This document shows positions 10,137 through 17,837 of a DNA stretch of 62,761 nt, piece after piece (positions within the stretch are counted from its first letter, which is position 1; every line of letters begins with the position of its first letter). Below the pieces are notes generated by a model. It did no database searches. It was given only the letters and a program-made list of their open reading frames with translations, and had not been told where the DNA came from. The position numbers and the translations under genes were made by a program. Source of the DNA: an uncultured Candidatus Saccharibacteria bacterium (GTDB lineage: Bacteria > Patescibacteriota > Saccharimonadia > Saccharimonadales > UBA4665); assembly GCA_964639195.1 (NCBI GenBank), contig CAZXCS010000001.1, forward strand, positions 1 to 62,761, in the 5' to 3' direction.

Positions 10137-12326
10137 TTATCTGCCTAGTTTGCGCAGTAGGCTAATGACTTGCTTGTCGCTGGGCAGGCGGAACTTGGCG
10201 TTGCTGCGGCCGCGGCCGACCTTGACTGTAAAGGCAGACTCCCGGAGCACTTGAAACAGCTGCTCATCGGTGTAATCATCGCCGAATGCGGCGATGAAAT
10301 CATAGGCCGGGCGGACCCAGCGCTCGACCGCCACGCCCTTGTTGATAGCCGGGTTTTTGATTTCCAGTATCTTGTTGCCCTGGAACATCTGCAGGCCGTA
10401 GGTCCTGAGGATTGGTTTGAGCACGCGCTTGATGACCGTGACGTACTTTTGGGCGTAATAGGGCGGCGAAGCCCGGTAGTGCCACACGAGTGTGTGCGGC
10501 TTGGTTTCGACCCTGGCTTTCGGTGTCAGCGCGGCGTATTTTTCCAGTTGCGGCTTGATAATCTTCTGCCAAGTGGCCTCGCTTCTTTCAATTGTTTGCC
10601 AGTTTTTCTTGTGGGCCTTTTTAATGGCGGCGCCATGCTCGGCGACGATGCCGACCGGCAGTTTGCCGAACCATTTCTCCAGATCGGTCGCGCTCCGGCC
10701 GCTGACCAGCACCAAATCATTGCGTTCATCACGGGCTAATTTGGCCAGCAGGTCCAGGACACGCTGCGGCGGTTTAGCTGCTTGGAAATCTTCGGTGAAG
10801 GGCACCAGTGTGCCGTCGTAGTCGAACAGCAGAAGCCGTTTGGCAGCCCGGGTGTATTCATTGAGCATCATAGTTTCCCAGCGGCCCTTCAGCGCCCGTG
10901 TGTGCAGACGGGGTGTACCGGGCACCGGCTTCTGCAAGGTTTCCATGAAGGTTTTGGCCCAGTAATTAACGGTGTTGATTGAAAGCTCCTGCCGCATTCG
11001 CTTCAGCCGGCCGCGCAGTTCGCGCCGGGACATGGTCAGCGCTTTGCGTAAGGCAGCCACCAAGGTTTCCGGCTGGAGCGGATTGACCAGCAGGGCGCCT
11101 TCGCGCAGCTCTTCGGCGGCGCCGGCCGTTTCGCTCAAGATGAGCACGCCGCGGCCGCGGTTGCTGGCAACGAATTCCTTGGCCGCCAGGTTCATACCGT
11201 CGCGCAACGGGGCAATGAAAGCTACGTCGGCGATCTGGAAAAGGGCTGTGACTTCTTCGAATGGCTGAGCAATGTTCATATAATCGACAGGCTGCCAGCG
11301 GGCAGTGCCGTAGGCTTTATTTATCTCCTCGGCTACCGCGCTCAGGCGCTTGCTCAACTTTTGGTAGGCCGGGATATCGGTGCGTGACGGTGCCGCAACC
11401 ATCGCAAACACCACCTTGCCGCGGTACTTAGGGTAGGTTTCGAGCAGCGTGCGGTAAGCCTCCAGTCTCTTCACCAACCCTTTAGTAGGGTCAAGGCGGT
11501 CAACAGCAACGATGATTTTTTGCCGGCGGTATTTGCGGCGGTAGCGTTTGACTGCCGCTTTGACGTCTTTGGACCGGCCGGCCCGGGCGTACTTTTTGTA
11601 ATCGATGCCCATCGGCAGGCTGGCAATCTGCACCGTGCGGTTGGCCAAAGCGACGTGGTGGCCGGTGACGACGCCTTGGCTGGCAGCATCGCAGCCTGCC
11701 AGGAAATTATCTATGTAGCCATTGGTGTGGAAACCGACCAGGTCGGCCCCGAGCATACCCTGCAGCAGCCGCGAAGCTTCCGGCAGACGCATGAAAGCCT
11801 TGACGCTCGGAAACGGCGTGTGCAGGAAAAAGCCGATGCTGGCTTCTTGGCGTTCGGCCCGGATCAGCGAAGGCACCAGCAGCAATTGGTAATCATGGAT
11901 CCAGATATGGCTGCCCAGGCCGCCGAAGCTCAGCACGGTTTCGGCAAATTGCTGGTTGACGCTGCGGTAACTCTGCCACCAGTGTTTGTGCCGCTCGGGA
12001 TCACGGTTTTGCGGCGGCAAATTGTGCAGCAGCGGCCAGAGGACAGTGTTGCTGTAGCCGTTGTAATAGTCCTGTATCTGGCGCTGCGACAGAAACACCG
12101 GCACACAGTTGTTTTTGGCCAGCCTGGTGACGATCTCCTGCCGGTCTTCCTCTGTCAGGTCGTCGTTGGCGATACCCGGCCAGCCGATCCAGATATTACG
12201 GCGGTCGTTGACATACGACGACAGACCGGTGGCCAGCCCACCAAGGCTGGGATAAAAACTTAGCTTGCCGTCTTCTTTCTTAATGCTTACGGGCAACCGA
12301 TTGGAAACGATGATAACCTGTGACAT
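10137..12326 (-). CDS. bifunctional trehalose-6-phosphate synthase / phosphatase (OtsA-OtsB fusion)
   Basis: The GT20 N-terminus reads VIIVSNRLPVS, with WIHDYQLLLVP further in. The C-terminal HAD phosphatase has LLLFDYDGTLV. I set the start at ATG 12326 (MSQVIIV). Confidence 0.9.
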   Translation of the reverse strand: MSQVIIVSNRLPVSIKKEDGKLSFYPSLGGLATGLSSYVNDRRNIWIGWPGIANDDLTEEDRQEIVTRLAKNNCVPVFLSQRQIQDYYNGYSNTVLWPLLHNLPPQNRDPERHKHWWQSYRSVNQQFAETVLSFGGLGSHIWIHDYQLLLVPSLIRAERQEASIGFFLHTPFPSVKAFMRLPEASRLLQGMLGADLVGFHTNGYIDNFLAGCDAASQGVVTGHHVALANRTVQIASLPMGIDYKKYARAGRSKDVKAAVKRYRRKYRRQKIIVAVDRLDPTKGLVKRLEAYRTLLETYPKYRGKVVFAMVAAPSRTDIPAYQKLSKRLSAVAEEINKAYGTARWQPVDYMNIAQPFEEVTALFQIADVAFIAPLRDGMNLAAKEFVASNRGRGVLILSETAGAAEELREGALLVNPLQPETLVAALRKALTMSRRELRGRLKRMRQELSINTVNYWAKTFMETLQKPVPGTPRLHTRALKGRWETMMLNEYTRAAKRLLLFDYDGTLVPFTEDFQAAKPPQRVLDLLAKLARDERNDLVLVSGRSATDLEKWFGKLPVGIVAEHGAAIKKAHKKNWQTIERSEATWQKIIKPQLEKYAALTPKARVETKPHTLVWHYRASPPYYAQKYVTVIKRVLKPILRTYGLQMFQGNKILEIKNPAINKGVAVERWVRPAYDFIAAFGDDYTDEQLFQVLRESAFTVKVGRGRSNAKFRLPSDKQVISLLRKLGR

Positions 12327-12399
12327 GTATGATAGAGACTTATAGCATAACAGATAGCAGCCCCAAGAGCAGCATCGATTGTTACAATCGGTCGCGGAC

Positions 12400-13338
12400 A
12401 TGGGCTACAATAACGGCATGGTGATTACACTGGCGGGGGAGAATAGCTTTGGCTTGCGGGCTGAGCTGCGGCAACTGGTGGCCGGCTTCGTGGCTGAGCA
12501 TGGTGAGCTGGCCGTCGAACAATTGGATGGCCAGGAAGCGTCTTTTGAGCATATGGCCGAAGCCGTGACCGGTTTACCGTTCCTGGCGAGCAAGAAATTG
12601 GTCGTTTTACGTGCGCCGAGTACAAATAAGACTTTCCAGGAGCGAAGCGAACAACTCTTGGTCGAAATCCCGGAAACAACAGAGGTAATTTTGGTTGAGC
12701 CGAAGCTCGATAAACGGCTTAGCTACTACAAATTTTTGAAGCGGAAGACCGATTTCCGTGATTTTCCGGAGCTTGACCAGTCCGGTCTCGTCACGTGGCT
12801 GGTAGCGATGGCCAAACAACGCGGCGGCCGGCTTAGTCTGGTCGATGCCCGCCTGCTGAGCGAACGGGTTGGCCTGAATCAACGGCTGTTGGCCAATGAG
12901 CTGGAGAAACTATTGCTCTACGACCCGCAGATTTCGCGCGCGACCATCGAGCTAATGACCGACGAGACACCGCAGAGCACTATTTTCCACCTGATGGAAG
13001 CGGCTTTTGCCGGCAGGCACAAGCAGGCCATGGAACTGTACGCCCAACAGCGCGCGCTCAAGGTCGAACCGGCACAGATTGTCGCTATGCTAACCTGGCA
13101 GCTGCATGTACTAACGATTGTCAAAACTGCCGGTGAGCGGCCAAATAGCCAGATTGCCAGCGAGGCCAGGCTCAAACCGTTCGTGGTCGAGAAAAGCCGG
13201 AGCATTGCCCGAAGTCTGACGCCCGGCCGGCTCAAACAACTGGTCAGTGAGCTGCTGAGCATCGACCGCCGGCTGAAACGCACAGACCTAGACGCTGACG
13301 AGGCACTGCAGCACTATCTATTGAAGCTGGCGAACTAG
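12400..13338 (+). CDS. holA: DNA polymerase III delta subunit
   Basis: Length and helical pattern fit the delta subunit (LAGENSFGLRAEL N-terminus), and the gene sits next to rpsT, as holA does in many bacteria. The start is uncertain among TTG 12379, ATG 12400 and ATG 12418. Confidence 0.7.
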   Translation: MGYNNGMVITLAGENSFGLRAELRQLVAGFVAEHGELAVEQLDGQEASFEHMAEAVTGLPFLASKKLVVLRAPSTNKTFQERSEQLLVEIPETTEVILVEPKLDKRLSYYKFLKRKTDFRDFPELDQSGLVTWLVAMAKQRGGRLSLVDARLLSERVGLNQRLLANELEKLLLYDPQISRATIELMTDETPQSTIFHLMEAAFAGRHKQAMELYAQQRALKVEPAQIVAMLTWQLHVLTIVKTAGERPNSQIASEARLKPFVVEKSRSIARSLTPGRLKQLVSELLSIDRRLKRTDLDADEALQHYLLKLAN

Positions 13339-13339
13339 G

Positions 13340-13678
13340 TTATTTTTTCTTTGGAGTTGGTTTTTTCGTAGCAGTTTTCTTGACGACGCCTTTTTTGGGT
13401 GCCGCAGCCTTTTTGACAACGGTTTTGGTCGATTTAACTCCGGCGGCTTTGGCTTGTTTGGCGGCTTGGCGCTTCAGACGGGCGGCTTTGTTCTTGTGGA
13501 CGACGCCTTTTTTAAGCGCTTTATCGAGATTGCTCTGGGCGCTGCTCAGTGCCTTGCTGCTCGGGCTCTTAGCGAACAGCTTGAGAGAGGTTTTGAGGTT
13601 GCGCTTGGTTTTGCTATTGCGCACAGTGGCTTTGTGGGCAACACGCACACGCTTTTTAGCGGACTTGATGATTGGCAT
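13340..13678 (-). CDS. rpsT: 30S ribosomal protein S20 with a Lys/Ala/Pro-rich C-terminal extension
   Basis: The N-terminus MPIIKSAKKRVRVAHKATVRNSKTKRNLKT matches S20. An extra tail reads KKAAAPKKGVVKKTATKKPTPKKK. Confidence 0.9.
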   Translation of the reverse strand: MPIIKSAKKRVRVAHKATVRNSKTKRNLKTSLKLFAKSPSSKALSSAQSNLDKALKKGVVHKNKAARLKRQAAKQAKAAGVKSTKTVVKKAAAPKKGVVKKTATKKPTPKKK

Positions 13679-13850
13679 AGAGGTTCCCTGATTACCATTG
13701 ATGAAATATCGAAGCTTGACTATACAGGGGTAGAGGCATTTTGTAAAGCCGCCGGCCGCTCATCTGAAAAACCAGTGGACAAACATAAGAGTTTATGGTA
13801 GGCTGAAAAGTGATAGTTCATCAAACAAAAATCTCAAAAATAAATAGCTC

Positions 13851-15626
13851 ATGGATGATGCCAAATCCCAATTAGTCGACAAGCTTAAAAGCGCCAATAA
13901 TGTTTTGGTGACGGTCAGTCGTAACCCTTCGGTCGACCAGCTGTCGGCGCTGCTGGGGCTGACACTGCTGCTCAACAAGCAGGGCAAGCACACCGCCGCC
14001 GTCTTCAGCGGCGAAGTGCCGTCAACGATTGAGTTTCTCCAACCCGAGGAGACTATCGAGAAGAACACCGACTCACTGCGCGATTTCATCATTGCCCTCG
14101 ACAAAAGTAAGGCCGACAAGCTGCGCTACAAGGTCGAAGACAACGTGGTGCGCATCTTTATCACACCATACAAAACGTCAATTAGCCAAGATGACCTGGA
14201 CTTCAGCCAGGGCGACTTCAATGTCGACGTTGTTGTGGCTCTAGGCGTCCAACAGCAGGGCGACCTCGATGAGGCTATCACGGCTCACGGGCGCATCCTG
14301 CACGATGCCGCTATTGCCTCCATCAACATCTCCGGTGCTGGCGACCTCGGCAGCATCAACTGGCATGACGAGCACGCCAGCAGCCTGAGTGAGCTGGTGA
14401 CCGAACTGGTAGATGCGCTGGACAGTTCAATGCTGGACAATCAGATTGCCACGGCGCTGCTGACCGGCATAGTGGCCGAAACCGACCGTTTCAGCAATGA
14501 GAAGACCAGCTCCCAGACAATGACCGTCAGCGCCAAACTGATGACGGCCGGCGCCAACCAACAGCTGGTGGCCAGCAAGCTGGCGGAGCCGCCGCGCGAG
14601 GCCGAGGACACGGATAATAAAAAAGATGATGCCCCGACAGATCTGCACTCCGACGATGACAAAAGGGCCAAAAAAGATAAAAAACCGTCGAAAGATGACG
14701 GCTCCATCGACATCGACCACGGCGACAAAGCCAAAGGTGACGATAAAGGCGATGATGAAGCCCCCGAAACTCCTGAGCCGAATCATTATGAAGGTCCTGA
14801 TGATAAAACCCCGCCCGACATGGGTACAGGTCATCAGGATGCGCAGCCTCTGCCGGAGGACACTTCAGGCGACACCCTGCCGGCACCGAAAAAGCCGGCC
14901 GCCTCAGTTATCGGCAGCGGCAGTAAGCTGATCACCGAGCCGCCGAAGATGGGCGGTACGTTGACGGCGAACTCCCAAGTCGAATCATTGTCACCGTCAA
15001 CCGATCCGCTGAGCATGCCGGCCGGTGAACTGCCGCAGCTGCTCGACCATGACGCCGCACCAGCCCAGCCTGGCCCGTCTCAGGCAGTACCGGAACTGGC
15101 CATGACGGTTGCTCCATTGCCCCGGCCACCCGTGCCGCAACCCGAACCGGCAGGGCAAGTACTGACACCGCCGCTGGCCGCTTGGAACCCGTCTGACACT
15201 GCCCCATCTGTCGTCCAGTCGATGAGTGGTACGCTGAGCCAACTGGAAGCCGCGGTGGACAGCCCGCACACCGACCCGGCCAACCTTAATAGTGCACGCG
15301 ACGAAGTCAGCAAGGCTATAGACAGCAGCGCTGAGGTTACGGATGTGGCCTCGGAACCGATTGCCGCCCTCAATGCCCAGCCCTTTGGTGGTGACTTGCA
15401 CCAGCTTCCCGGTGCCAACGATTTGGCTTCGCCAGGTCCGCATCTGGATGATGTTCTGCAACACGAGCAACATTTGTCCCGCAATGCATCTGCTCCGGCT
15501 GTCGGAGATCAAGCTGCTTCCGCTCCGACCCCTCAGGTTACCGACTCTACCGCACCGCCGCCGGTGCCGCCGCCGATCCCGTTCCAATTCGGCAGCCCCG
15601 GCACGCCGCCAGCTCCTCAGCCATAA
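13851..15626 (+). CDS. DHH-fold-like protein lacking catalytic motifs, with a roughly 350-aa acidic/Pro-rich low-complexity tail
   Basis: The N-terminal roughly 230 aa follow an NrnA/DHH layout. The positions of the DxD and DHH motifs read SVDQLS and INISGAG instead. The remainder is D/K/P/A-rich. Confidence 0.55.
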   Translation: MDDAKSQLVDKLKSANNVLVTVSRNPSVDQLSALLGLTLLLNKQGKHTAAVFSGEVPSTIEFLQPEETIEKNTDSLRDFIIALDKSKADKLRYKVEDNVVRIFITPYKTSISQDDLDFSQGDFNVDVVVALGVQQQGDLDEAITAHGRILHDAAIASINISGAGDLGSINWHDEHASSLSELVTELVDALDSSMLDNQIATALLTGIVAETDRFSNEKTSSQTMTVSAKLMTAGANQQLVASKLAEPPREAEDTDNKKDDAPTDLHSDDDKRAKKDKKPSKDDGSIDIDHGDKAKGDDKGDDEAPETPEPNHYEGPDDKTPPDMGTGHQDAQPLPEDTSGDTLPAPKKPAASVIGSGSKLITEPPKMGGTLTANSQVESLSPSTDPLSMPAGELPQLLDHDAAPAQPGPSQAVPELAMTVAPLPRPPVPQPEPAGQVLTPPLAAWNPSDTAPSVVQSMSGTLSQLEAAVDSPHTDPANLNSARDEVSKAIDSSAEVTDVASEPIAALNAQPFGGDLHQLPGANDLASPGPHLDDVLQHEQHLSRNASAPAVGDQAASAPTPQVTDSTAPPPVPPPIPFQFGSPGTPPAPQP

Positions 15627-16306
15627 TAAAAACACTCGGTTTTTAGAGCACCTTCAAGTTCTTTAAACAGAGCTGCATCGGCGCGTTGGCTGTGATGGGC
15701 ATCCATGACGGCAAGTTTTTGTTTCAGCACGTCGCTCACTTCGATCTGCTCGTCAATCTGGCTTTCCGGCCGTCCGGCCGGCATGTACAGCCAGTCGGTA
15801 TCGGCGTGCGGCGCGGCCGCCGCCGATAGGCAGAAATACCGCAGGCCAATAGATTCGACCAGTTTGGGCAGCTGGGTACGCAGTTTTTCGTGGACGAAGG
15901 TTGTTATTAAGCTAATGGCGATATGGTCCAGGTGCCCGGTGAGCCCGGCCGGCTCAAAGGTCATAAACTGTAGGTCGACGGGCTCATCGTGGCTCGAGAG
16001 GATGATTTTCACCTGAGCCTTGAGCTTGTCGGCAATCTCGAGGTACAGCCGGTTGCTGAGGCCTCCATCGGGGTAATCTAGCTGGAGCGTGGTGGTGGCT
16101 CCGAGCAGCTGGCAGCTTCGTTGCCATTCCGCCTGCCTGGCGGCGCCGAGATCGTCATGCCCGTCAGGGTTCATGCCGGCTTCGCCTCGGGTGGCACAGA
16201 TCAAGTGCAGCTCGGTACCGTCCCTAACTTCTTTCAGCAGGGTTCCGGACGGCCCGAAGGCCTCATCGTCGGGGTGGGCAAAAACACCGATTAGCACACG
16301 TTTCAT
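15617..16306 (-). CDS. PIG-L/LmbE family deacetylase
   Basis: VLIGVFAHPDDEAFGPSGTL matches the AHPDDE motif. I set the start at ATG 16306 (MKRVLIG). Confidence 0.85.
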   Translation of the reverse strand: MKRVLIGVFAHPDDEAFGPSGTLLKEVRDGTELHLICATRGEAGMNPDGHDDLGAARQAEWQRSCQLLGATTTLQLDYPDGGLSNRLYLEIADKLKAQVKIILSSHDEPVDLQFMTFEPAGLTGHLDHIAISLITTFVHEKLRTQLPKLVESIGLRYFCLSAAAAPHADTDWLYMPAGRPESQIDEQIEVSDVLKQKLAVMDAHHSQRADAALFKELEGALKTECFYYG

Positions 16307-16331
16307 ACCAGCATTGTAAAATACCAACACG

Positions 16332-17021
16332 ATGCAGGGAATACTACTTGTCGATAAACCGGCCGGTTGGACGTCGTTTGACGTCGTGAATTACGTGCGC
16401 AAAATGGTCGCCCAAGCCGAGGGAAAGAAGCCGAAGCAGGTCAAAGTTGGCCACAGCGGCACCCTAGACCCGTTCGCTACCGGCTTACTCATTCTTTTAG
16501 TCGGCAAGGACTACACCAAACGGGCCGGTGAATTCAGCAAGCTTGATAAGACCTACGAAGTGACGATGCAACTTGGCGAAATCAGCTCCACCGGTGACCC
16601 GGAAGGTGAAATCATGCCAGTGGAGGGGCCGAGCCCGACCGAGGAACAGGTCAGGGCAGTCTTTGGACAGTTCTGTGGAGAGATCGAGCAAACACCGCCG
16701 GCATATTCAGCCATAAAGGTTAACGGTCAGCGCGCCTATAAGTTAGCCCGGGCAGGCAAAGATGTCGTTCTGGAGCCGCGAAAAGTAAATATTAACAGGT
16801 TAGAGCTTCAAGATTACAACTACCCGGCCGCTGCCATGGTTGCCGAGGTCTCCTCCGGTACCTACATCCGTAGCCTGGTTGAGGATATCGGTCAGTCGTT
16901 GAGTACAGGCGCATATACTTCCGCCCTCCGCCGCAGCAAAGTAGGGCAGTTTGATAGCAGCAATGCAGTAGAAGTGCACAACCTGACAATCGAAGAGATA
17001 CAGAAACACCTGAGGCATTGA
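16332..17021 (+). CDS. truB: tRNA pseudouridine(55) synthase
   Basis: GILLVDKPAGWTSFDVV is followed by the catalytic motif GHSGTLDPFATGLL. Confidence 0.93.
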   Translation: MQGILLVDKPAGWTSFDVVNYVRKMVAQAEGKKPKQVKVGHSGTLDPFATGLLILLVGKDYTKRAGEFSKLDKTYEVTMQLGEISSTGDPEGEIMPVEGPSPTEEQVRAVFGQFCGEIEQTPPAYSAIKVNGQRAYKLARAGKDVVLEPRKVNINRLELQDYNYPAAAMVAEVSSGTYIRSLVEDIGQSLSTGAYTSALRRSKVGQFDSSNAVEVHNLTIEEIQKHLRH

Positions 17022-17052
17022 CAAAAAGCTAGTGTTTTGTTAAAATAAGTGT

Positions 17053-17349
17053 ATGACTAAAGACAAAGGTGAATCATTGCTGGGTTTACACGTCCAACCC
17101 CTTGCAGATTTTAAACGAGAGTTGGATGAAGAACTTGATGCCGACAGGGATGGAGCTTACGCTGGTATCGGCCCGCTCGCGGTTACCCAGGCTCAGGTAC
17201 GTCTCCACAGGGAGCTTTCGCCTTTTCAGCCGCCTGAAGTAAGGCAGGCACGGCAAGCTGACCAGCAGCCGTGGGATAACTTCGCAGCCGGTCAACCGCT
17301 GAATACAAAACCAGACGCCCCGGCCGAGCACCAGGCACCTAGTCACTAA
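17053..17349 (+). CDS. hypothetical protein
   Basis: A 98-aa ORF with no recognisable domain. It has its own TGTTAAAAT extended -10 at 17038-17046, 6 nt upstream of the ATG, the same arrangement as neighbouring genes that I am confident are real. Confidence 0.4.
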   Translation: MTKDKGESLLGLHVQPLADFKRELDEELDADRDGAYAGIGPLAVTQAQVRLHRELSPFQPPEVRQARQADQQPWDNFAAGQPLNTKPDAPAEHQAPSH

Positions 17350-17356
17350 TTTCGGC

Positions 17357-17385
17357 TTGCTTTAGAGCGCGTCATCTGTTAAAAT
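17357..17385 (+). promoter_or_regulatory. rpsO promoter, TTGCTT-17 nt-TAAAAT with TGT
   Basis: Hexamers lie at 17357-17362 and 17380-17385. The ATG at 17394 is 8 nt downstream. Confidence 0.55.
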
Positions 17386-17393
17386 CAACGTAC

Positions 17394-17660
17394 ATGATCG
17401 AAACGGAGAAAAAGGCTGCCGCTATCAAGAGCGTGCAGACGCACAAGAATGACACTGGCGGTGCCAGTGCCCAAGTGGCCGTTTTGACCGAGCGCATCAA
17501 GGAGATAACCGAGCATCTACAGGCCCACAAGCATGACTTCATGGCTCGCCGGGGACTCCTACAAATGGTGGGCAAACGCCGCCGTCTGCTGCGCTACATT
17601 GCCAAGCGCGACAGCAAAACGTATCTGGAATTGATTCAAAAACTCGGCATCCGCCGCTAA
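17394..17660 (+). CDS. rpsO: 30S ribosomal protein S15
   Basis: HLQAHKHDFMARRGLLQMVGKRRRLLRYI matches the S15 signature, and the gene lies upstream of pnp as in many bacteria. Confidence 0.93.
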   Translation: MIETEKKAAAIKSVQTHKNDTGGASAQVAVLTERIKEITEHLQAHKHDFMARRGLLQMVGKRRRLLRYIAKRDSKTYLELIQKLGIRR

Positions 17661-17837
17661 AGCGTGTTCAGACTAGGGATCTCGAAGCTCGAGGTCGCAA
17701 GCTTGTGCACATTAAGAATCTCGGAGTGTAATTCCCGGGCAGAGCCGCAGATATACAGCGCCAAGTCGTCAAGCACAAGCGGTTGCCGTATATTTGAACT
17801 CTGATCAGGAACTCCGGACAGAAAGGGAACATTAGCT

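Noticed and set aside
14427-15635. A cluster of overlapping ORFs on both strands in the 14.4-15.6 kb region.
   Set aside because: All lie within the low-complexity tail of the 13851-15626 gene. Repetitive, compositionally biased sequence keeps several frames open, and only the long plus-strand frame is continuous with a folded N-terminal domain.
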